A stretch of 40,533 bases of DNA from a virus (taxonomy: Duplodnaviria > Caudoviricetes). The stretch spans positions 1-40,533 of IMG/VR virus record IMGVR_UViG_3300020235_000173. One strand, 5' to 3'. This document shows, in pieces, positions 34,577-40,533 of the stretch. How positions within the stretch are numbered: the stretch's first letter is position 1; the number at the start of each line of letters is the position of its first letter. The notes below the pieces were generated by a model, which saw only the letters and a program-made list of their open reading frames with translations, ran no database searches and was not told the origin of the DNA. A program made the position numbers and the translations under genes.

Positions 34577-35428
34577 TTATGCGGCCGCCAGACTCGAGCC
34601 ATCGTGATTGATAACCACAATGCCACTATTCTGGAGGACTTGTGAGCCCATGTAAATGGAACACCGGGCCCATGAGTAATCCTGCTCCTCATCGTAGCCC
34701 GCCCGAGCTTCCAGATTGTCAGCGTTATACGCATGGCCAATCGCTGACTTGTGGAAGCAGAAACATTTCTCGGCGTTGGTGCCAGCACCCGGAAGATTCG
34801 GATGCACGACCCACAACATATTCAGCCAGAAGTAGGCTATGGGCCGGTCACGCCACGCCGGATCAGCGTTGCGCATGGGGCCGCCATCGATGTATTCGCG
34901 AGATGAAAATTCCCGCACCTGCATCATGAACGCCTCATAAGCTGGCGTCACCAACATGCAGATGTTGGAATCCCACGGTACATCGGCGTTGCCGAGGATG
35001 GTTTTCGCCCGCAGGGTCAGGCCCAGATCCGCGGTTACCGCGAGGCCGGTGTTGACCGTGCCGGTATTCAATTCTCCGATGATGTCCTGATCGATTTTAC
35101 GATTGATGACACCCATACAGGTCTGCTGCATGATCGCTCGCTGGTTGCCCTGCGAGGCGAAGATATTGAAATCCGTTTTGCGAACAAGGTCATGCCATTC
35201 GACCAAGGTCGCTACGGGCTGTGAGAGATTGTCGCCGCGGGCTGGAATCAGACCATTCACGCCGCGGGTCTTGGCGGTTGCGCCGCCGGAATCAGCTACC
35301 AGAAACGTCGCTTGATTGCCCTTGATGACTGCTTCGGTGGTGACGCAATCACGCAGGAGCGACTGGAGCTGCTCAAAACCTGCAATGAACTCTTGCCGGT
35401 ATTGAATTTGAAAGGCTGTTTCAGCCAT
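34577..35428 (-). CDS. Major capsid protein (start revised to MAETAFQ, 283 aa)
   Basis: F..QY..EF...FEQ..S.LR..V, NRKID..II and C..FHKSAIG...G.V.I motifs; GGAGG RBS; synteny. Confidence 0.92.
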   Translation of the reverse strand: MAETAFQIQYRQEFIAGFEQLQSLLRDCVTTEAVIKGNQATFLVADSGGATAKTRGVNGLIPARGDNLSQPVATLVEWHDLVRKTDFNIFASQGNQRAIMQQTCMGVINRKIDQDIIGELNTGTVNTGLAVTADLGLTLRAKTILGNADVPWDSNICMLVTPAYEAFMMQVREFSSREYIDGGPMRNADPAWRDRPIAYFWLNMLWVVHPNLPGAGTNAEKCFCFHKSAIGHAYNADNLEARAGYDEEQDYSWARCSIYMGSQVLQNSGIVVINHDGSSLAAA

Positions 35429-35471
35429 AAGGCTATCCTCCAATTTGATGGAAAATCCGTATCCACTAAAT

Positions 35472-35574
35472 CGGGTTGGCCTGTCTGGCGGCCATCAGGT
35501 TAGCCCGAAGGGGCTGATGGCAGTGCCGGCAGGGGCCGGTCGGGCGGCCAGGGCTCTTACGAGGTTAGCTGGCC
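35472..35574 (-). ncRNA. Structured 5' leader of the capsid mRNA (candidate cis-regulatory RNA)
   Basis: Hairpins capped by GUAA and cUUCGg tetraloops; three CC / C(U/C)AAC internal loops. Confidence 0.65.
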
Positions 35575-35586
35575 TGTGGTAGGGCG

Positions 35587-35615
35587 AATCTAATCGATGT
35601 GCAGATCGATGGCAA
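35587..35615 (-). promoter_or_regulatory. sigma70-type promoter for the capsid gene with a palindromic spacer
   Basis: TTGCCA-17 bp-TAGATT; spacer region ATCGATCTGCACATCGAT is a near-perfect palindrome. Confidence 0.7.
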
Positions 35616-35621
35616 GTTTTT

Positions 35622-35804
35622 TCACATGCCGCCGGTTTGACCGCCGGTGCCGCCGCTTTGTGCGATCACATGCTTGGTGCCGCCAGTCGAGGCCTTACGT
35701 TTCTTGAAACCGCCCGTGGCGTAATACATGGCCACCTGTTTGCGTGTGAACTTGCGGCCTGATGGTGACTTGTAGCCGCCGCCCTTGGCCTTCTTGAATG
35801 GCAT
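35622..35804 (-). CDS. Small highly basic protein (60 aa)
   Basis: MPFKKAKGGGYKSPSGRKFTRKQVAMYYATGGFKKRK; TGATG coupling. Confidence 0.75.
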   Translation of the reverse strand: MPFKKAKGGGYKSPSGRKFTRKQVAMYYATGGFKKRKASTGGTKHVIAQSGGTGGQTGGM

Positions 35805-36184
35805 CAGGAATACATGCCACCGGACTCGGAGCGGTTAGCCCGTGATCTGGAGCCTGAGCTGCGCCACGACCGCTGAGCTGATTTACCCATCATCGGGCTC
35901 GAGGCCACGCGACCAGCAGTGTTTGAGTAGCTGTAGCCCATGCCGGCATCCTTGACCACCTGAAACTTATAGCTGCCGATGCTGGAGACGAATTTATCGC
36001 CCTGTGGCGCGCTGCCTGAATACATGGCCTTCACCGATTGCGAGTGGCCACCACTCATGCCCTCCTTGATGCCCTTGTCGTACATGCCGCCGTGTGAGCT
36101 GCCGTGTGAACTGCCGTGCGAACTTCCGTGATATGGCATTTTCCTACTCCCTCGGTAATGCGTTTGAAAAGATGTCTCGGCCAT
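35804..36184 (-). CDS. Gly/Ser/His-rich low-complexity protein (alternative start 36139)
   Basis: (HGSS)3 repeat; first 11 aa resemble the MCP N-terminus; internal GGGAG/AGGA before ATG 36139. Confidence 0.65.
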   Translation of the reverse strand: MAETSFQTHYRGSRKMPYHGSSHGSSHGSSHGGMYDKGIKEGMSGGHSQSVKAMYSGSAPQGDKFVSSIGSYKFQVVKDAGMGYSYSNTAGRVASSPMMGKSAQRSWRSSGSRSRANRSESGGMYS

Positions 36185-36187
36185 CAG

Positions 36188-36394
36188 TCAGGCATTGGTC
36201 AGCACTGTGTTTGCGGCCGCTCCACCAACACCGCGGCGCCCACGCCGCCGCCGGCCCTCGGCAGTGCCATCAGGCAAAGCCGGGATCGCTGGCACCTGTG
36301 ATGGGTTCACACCCGGCTGAGCCCCAGGCAGTGCTGCACGGGCGGTATCGGCCATGCCGCCGGCCATCTTTATCGATTTGATCAGAGAACTCAT
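36188..36394 (-). CDS. Small Pro/Arg-rich virion protein (T7 gp7.3-like character)
   Basis: LPD...RRRRGRRG...NTVLT; AAGGAG RBS. Confidence 0.65.
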   Translation of the reverse strand: MSSLIKSIKMAGGMADTARAALPGAQPGVNPSQVPAIPALPDGTAEGRRRRGRRGVGGAAANTVLTNA

Positions 36395-36405
36395 CGCTTT
36401 GCTCC

Positions 36406-37380
36406 TTATTGGGCCTCATGCTTGGTGCGAATATCATACAACTGTCTGAGCCGCGCCTGTGCCGGCTCGTCATTATTGTACGCCTTGCGCTCATCCCTCA
36501 TATATTTTTCTATTTCCTGAATCTCGTCATTCAAGGTCTGCGCCGGATCGCCCCCCGCCGGTGTAAGCTGCGCCACCGGATTGACTTTGCGCGACAGCTC
36601 GGCAAGGCCCTCGAGGACGCCGGGTATGTTCATGATCGCACGGCCCTCGGGATCGCGGGCATTGAGTATCACTTGCTTGTACTCCTTGCCGAATGTCGAT
36701 TCGAGCAGGGAGCCAACCAGATTGATGTTGGCGCGGTAATCGCCGCCCCATGACTGCCTGAGCTGGTCCTCGGTTTCCTGATGGTGGATCGAATCAGCCT
36801 CGGCCAGGTCGTCCTGCGAGCGCTCGGCAAATTTGTTGTACCAGTCGATCACCGCATGGCCGACCTTGGGATCGACGTTCATGGAATGCAGCACCCCCAT
36901 GAAATCGCCCATCAGCTCGCGATCCTCCTCACCGACAATCAGCCCATCAGGCAGGTTGTCCATGTAGCCGGCTGCTTCCAGCGGGATGCCATTGGCCTCG
37001 CGGAAGGCCTTCACATCATCCTCGCTGGCGCCCTCGGCCGGTGGTGTCCTGCCCTGCCCACCGCGGATCAAGCCCTGTGCCTCACGATAGGCAGTGCCCA
37101 TGTCGGCAGGCGAGCTAAAGCGCTCCAGCGTTGACTTGAATTTGTCGTCATCGCCGGCGTACTCATCGCGCCAGTTACGATTGACCATGCCATCGTAATG
37201 CTCGAAAAATTTGTCCTGAGTCTCGAATGCCTGCAGTGACTCGAGCCGCTCGACGTTGTCGCCGGCCATCGATTCGCGCCAGTCCGCGTGGCCGGGATCA
37301 GTTATTATGCTGGCCGGGGGATCGCTTGGAGCGGGTGCGCTTGGACTGGGTGCGCTTGGGTTTGGGGCGTTTGCTGCCAT
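36406..37380 (-). CDS. Capsid scaffolding protein
   Basis: Pro-rich N-terminus, DWRE, L...WG.DY..N motifs, acidic and helical; lies between portal and MCP (start 37380 or 37386). Confidence 0.82.
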   Translation of the reverse strand: MAANAPNPSAPSPSAPAPSDPPASIITDPGHADWRESMAGDNVERLESLQAFETQDKFFEHYDGMVNRNWRDEYAGDDDKFKSTLERFSSPADMGTAYREAQGLIRGGQGRTPPAEGASEDDVKAFREANGIPLEAAGYMDNLPDGLIVGEEDRELMGDFMGVLHSMNVDPKVGHAVIDWYNKFAERSQDDLAEADSIHHQETEDQLRQSWGGDYRANINLVGSLLESTFGKEYKQVILNARDPEGRAIMNIPGVLEGLAELSRKVNPVAQLTPAGGDPAQTLNDEIQEIEKYMRDERKAYNNDEPAQARLRQLYDIRTKHEAQ

Positions 37381-37696
37381 GTTCATCTACCTTTCTGCTT
37401 GCTATTTTGTCTGGGTCAGTCCTGACCGGGGCCGCCTTGAGCATCCATACTATCGTAGTTCCGCAAAATCGCTTGCCTTCTGCGAAAGCCGTCAGGTGTT
37501 CGCCTGCCGGCCGGAATGAAATATCGTGAGTGCCGAAGGCGCGCATCAGGAAATCCAGTGCCATGCGCTGCTGGCGGGCATCGGCCTCGCCTCGATGGAT
37601 GGCCCTGAGCGCCTGCACTTCGGCCTCGATGTAATCGGGTCTTTGCAGCGGGTCCTTGTGCGGTAAACATTCCTCTATTCGGTCCTGGAGTGCCAT
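37298..37696 (-). CDS. Bbp19-like conserved phage protein
   Basis: SFRP.....TAFAEGKRF.G motif immediately after the portal. Confidence 0.75.
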   Translation of the reverse strand: MALQDRIEECLPHKDPLQRPDYIEAEVQALRAIHRGEADARQQRMALDFLMRAFGTHDISFRPAGEHLTAFAEGKRFCGTTIVWMLKAAPVRTDPDKIASRKVDEHGSKRPKPKRTQSKRTRSKRSPGQHNN

Positions 37697-37697
37697 C

Positions 37698-39356
37698 TCA
37701 AATCAGTTCGCCACCAGCACCAGCCCTCGCAGCCTCGGCTGCTGAGAATTTCTGCGCCGCATCGCCGGCAGTGGCAGCCAGCTCGGCCTCCTGTTGTGCC
37801 TCTTGTATGGCCTGTGCCCGAGCGATGATCTGCTTGGCCTCCTCATCGGAGCGAATGTGGCGCTGCTCCAGTCCCACGCCTTCAATCGCAGCGCGCAGAG
37901 ACGAGCTTACATCCATCACCGCACCAGCGGTCGGATCAAGCGCCATGGCGCGCTCAATGAGATCGGCTGATTCGAGGAATTCGGACGCATTCTTGCGCTC
38001 GATGGCCTCATGCAGCGGACTGATAAAGCGAAAATGCACATCCCTGCCCTGCAGCTCACGCGGAATATCGGTCACCGCGCCGAAGTGCCCGGAACGCAGC
38101 AAGGAATCAAACGTGTCCTCGCACAGCGCGCCGTTGTATTCGTGCTCCATCGGCTCGAACAGCGGCAGTGCTGCGCGCACGTACTCCTCGACCCGCTGAC
38201 CGACCTCGAATGCGGTCATATCGGAAGTCGGCGGCGGCAGCGTCAGCTTGTTGAGATAAAAAGCGGCAGCCAGCAGTTCATGTTGCTGCGAATGGACCTC
38301 GTAGCCCATCGGCAGGCCGCGGCGATCCTGAGTGATCGGCCGCAAAACCTCGCCCTTGCGCTCATCGTATTCGGCGTCGGCCCAGGTGATGCCGCCGGCA
38401 TACAGTTGAATGTCGGAGCGAATCACATCCTGAGTGGCCACCATCGGCGGCCTGACCGACATTTCGCCGGCCTCGAGCAAGGTCAGGGTCATCGCCTGTA
38501 ACAGACGCGCATCCGGCAGTCCAGCCACAGTTGCGGGGGAATACGCATACTGTGAGCCGGATACGGTCTGCCATCTCGGTAAAATGATGCCATGAGAAAA
38601 AGTGCCCTGCTCATGAATAATGTGCTTGTTCATCACATCCATGTACACCAGCACCCACGGATAGCCCTTGCCCTGACCGGTCTGGCCCTGGTAGACATCG
38701 GTGGAGATTGCGGCCCGCATGAATTGCGGGCTGACGTAGGTATCGGTGACGTAATCGGGTTTCTTGTTGCGCATGGTCGGATGCAGCGCGTCCTCACCGA
38801 ATTGCTGCTTGAGCTGCTTGATGGTCGGTTTCCACTTGATGTAGATTTCACCGACCGAGCCATCGGCCATTTCGTCCCAGGCCACATCGCGCAGATGCCA
38901 GCAGCGGTACAGCAGGTGCGGCTGCTCGGCATCCCAGTTGATCTCGCGGGTGATGCAGCACTGGCCGAAGGCGGCAAAATCGGCATCGCCCTCACTGGTT
39001 GCACGGATGAAATGCGCCTTGCGATCATACATGGCGAATTTCATGCGCTTGGTGGCCCACTCCAGCCATTCTTTCGAGGACTTGGTGAGCTTGTCCTCGT
39101 CGTCAACGGTAATGCCGAACCAGTTCTTGCGCCGCGGCCTGAGCATGGCGGCGAAGGCATTCGACAGCTCGCGATGCACGATCAGCGGATAACTCGAAAA
39201 GAGCTGCTCGGCAAACTCCTCACCAATGTAGCGGGTGAGCGTGAAATCAGCGCGCTGCGGGTAAAAATGCTCGGAGATTTCCTGCCACAGGGTGGTGATC
39301 GCCTTGCGCACGTTAAACAGTGCCACCGCCCGCTCAACCAGCTCTTGTGGCCTCAT
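37698..39356 (-). CDS. Portal (head-to-tail connector) protein, T7 gp8-like
   Basis: 552 aa; W.EI....YP, PRW....G..YA.SP and MTAFEV..R.EE motifs. Confidence 0.93.
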   Translation of the reverse strand: MRPQELVERAVALFNVRKAITTLWQEISEHFYPQRADFTLTRYIGEEFAEQLFSSYPLIVHRELSNAFAAMLRPRRKNWFGITVDDEDKLTKSSKEWLEWATKRMKFAMYDRKAHFIRATSEGDADFAAFGQCCITREINWDAEQPHLLYRCWHLRDVAWDEMADGSVGEIYIKWKPTIKQLKQQFGEDALHPTMRNKKPDYVTDTYVSPQFMRAAISTDVYQGQTGQGKGYPWVLVYMDVMNKHIIHEQGTFSHGIILPRWQTVSGSQYAYSPATVAGLPDARLLQAMTLTLLEAGEMSVRPPMVATQDVIRSDIQLYAGGITWADAEYDERKGEVLRPITQDRRGLPMGYEVHSQQHELLAAAFYLNKLTLPPPTSDMTAFEVGQRVEEYVRAALPLFEPMEHEYNGALCEDTFDSLLRSGHFGAVTDIPRELQGRDVHFRFISPLHEAIERKNASEFLESADLIERAMALDPTAGAVMDVSSSLRAAIEGVGLEQRHIRSDEEAKQIIARAQAIQEAQQEAELAATAGDAAQKFSAAEAARAGAGGELI

Positions 39357-39610
39357 GCCAGTCCTTGACGCTGCCCACCCAGTTGATCCGTGAGCACCGT
39401 TTCAACCCGCGAGCCGAGCCGTTTGGCCTGCTTGCGTTTGGCGGTGAGCCGTAGTGCCTCCTCATCCGGCAGTTGAGGCTCACCGAATATCTTGTCCATG
39501 GCCTCCTTTGAGCGCAGCGCGCGCAGCTCCACGCGCTCGCCGCCAGTCTTATAGCCGCGGCCCCTGACTGTATTCATAACCCTGTGAAAGGTGTTTTTCA
39601 GCCCACTCAT
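39353..39610 (-). CDS. Small virion protein upstream of the portal
   Basis: LPDEE...KRKQAKRLGSRVETVLT; ATGA-coupled to terminase and portal. Confidence 0.7.
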   Translation of the reverse strand: MSGLKNTFHRVMNTVRGRGYKTGGERVELRALRSKEAMDKIFGEPQLPDEEALRLTAKRKQAKRLGSRVETVLTDQLGGQRQGLA

Positions 39611-40533
39611 CGCCTTCTCCTTGGTCCCATATTGACAGACGGATACTTTTTGTGGAACGGAATCTTACCAACTCGCTGATCGGGCCGCCATTCCTGCAGA
39701 TGAGTGCTTGCCTTGGGCCCTGCCACCCACGCCATGACCACCGCATCGCCCTTGTCAGGTGAGCGCCCGAGCATCTTGATCACTTCGTCCTTATTGGTGG
39801 CCTTGATACCGTTTGGCGTCAGGCTCCAGCGCGGTGCGGTCAGATCGGACAGCAGCTCAGTATCATCCGGCAGTGCAATCGGTGAGCCACCGTCCTGCCC
39901 CGGATCGAGCGCCTCGCGGAATTTCCACAACACCTCAGAGCGTTTATTGAAAAACCCGAGCTGACGCTCTGCAGTCCTCGATGCACTTGAGTCCATGCCG
40001 ATGTGACGGCGTACCTCGATGCCGTTTTCCTTGCAGTGCGCATAGGCTTGTGCACCGTTTGTCTCGCCACAGTCGAAAATCACCACCGCATCATGGCGGC
40101 GGTGCTTGACCACCAGTGCGGCGACATCAGTGCCGTGCGGGGTCTCCGATCCGGGCACCGCAATCAGCGGCGCATACCAGCCATCGTGACGCCGCGCCAG
40201 TACCGTTTTATCCTTCTGCCGCGCGGCATCCACGCCGATGGCACACATCGGCACCCCGTAGGGCGGCAGTGCCTGCCAGCGGGCCTGTGCGCGGCGCACC
40301 CATTCGGTCGGTATGAGCTGGTCAGCCTGATCCTGCCTAGCGGCCATGAAATTGCCGTCGCGGATCGCGGAGCGTAATGGTTCTGGAAGCGCATCGAGCT
40401 GCGCCGCATAGCCGGTTTTGGCAAGAAACGGGTTATCCGAAAGACGCGCTGGAATGAAAGTACGCGACATCGGCCGCTGCAGCTTGCCGTTGACTTCAAC
40501 CGGCTCGGGCCCATCGACCCACATATCCTTGCC
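39607..40533 (-). CDS. terL: Terminase large subunit, C-terminal part (5' end outside the window)
   Basis: FIPARLSDNPFL, GVDAAR..D.TV, F.NKRSE..W..REAL and GRSPDKGDA motifs; frame is open to the window edge. Confidence 0.92.
   Translation of the reverse strand, partial: GKDMWVDGPEPVEVNGKLQRPMSRTFIPARLSDNPFLAKTGYAAQLDALPEPLRSAIRDGNFMAARQDQADQLIPTEWVRRAQARWQALPPYGVPMCAIGVDAARQKDKTVLARRHDGWYAPLIAVPGSETPHGTDVAALVVKHRRHDAVVIFDCGETNGAQAYAHCKENGIEVRRHIGMDSSASRTAERQLGFFNKRSEVLWKFREALDPGQDGGSPIALPDDTELLSDLTAPRWSLTPNGIKATNKDEVIKMLGRSPDKGDAVVMAWVAGPKASTHLQEWRPDQRVGKIPFHKKYPSVNMGPRRRR

Larger units (their letters stand above)
1..40533. mobile_element. Podovirus-like bacteriophage genome segment (BPP-1/epsilon15/T7-like virion module plus early recombination module)
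   Basis: Collinear terminase, portal, scaffold, capsid, tail tubular A/B, ejection proteins, fibres and lysis genes on the minus strand; ERF and YqaJ on the plus strand; tightly overlapping genes; no host housekeeping genes. Cannot tell prophage from free phage. Confidence 0.96.

Noticed and set aside
37298-37386. Basic repeat tail KRPKPKRTQSKRTRSKRS on the Bbp19-like protein
   Set aside because: It is the alternative-frame reading of the scaffold's PSAP repeats in a gene overlap; probably incidental.
12200-40400. Many long plus-strand ORFs (e.g. 15396..16496, 16632..17519, 27359..28354, 38592..39368)
   Set aside because: Antisense shadows of the real minus-strand genes in GC-rich DNA; no recognisable motifs or RBS context.

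Overview
The whole window is a tailed-phage (podovirus-type) genome segment of roughly 60% GC by eye. No host genes, integrase, polymerase, tRNA or CRISPR array are visible. At the left (1-5147), a divergent early region has a short leftward operon headed by an unannotated 50-aa ribbon-helix-helix protein. The rightward operon carries a coiled-coil protein, an ERF annealase, a YqaJ/lambda-type exonuclease and a Lar-like protein, followed by a stand-alone 72-aa ORF. From 40533 down to 5147 one long minus-strand late region runs in BPP-1/epsilon15/T7-like order: terminase large subunit (partial), portal, scaffold, small basic proteins, major capsid, tail tubular proteins A and B, and internal/ejection proteins. 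It continues with two paralogous tail fibres and a lysis/envelope module containing FN3 proteins. Four observations stand out. (1) The giant polyvalent ejection protein appears split into 838-aa and ~2834-aa parts by a six-gene structural cassette bounded by TLHQ linkers. (2) An FN3 A-strand-like peptide (DPPGPVT) recurs in separate genes while the FN3 domains lack that strand at their N-termini. (3) The capsid 5' leader folds into three copies of the same internal loop. (4) A small Gly/Ser/His-rich ORF starts with a copy of the capsid N-terminus. All family assignments come from motif recognition by eye, not from database searches.
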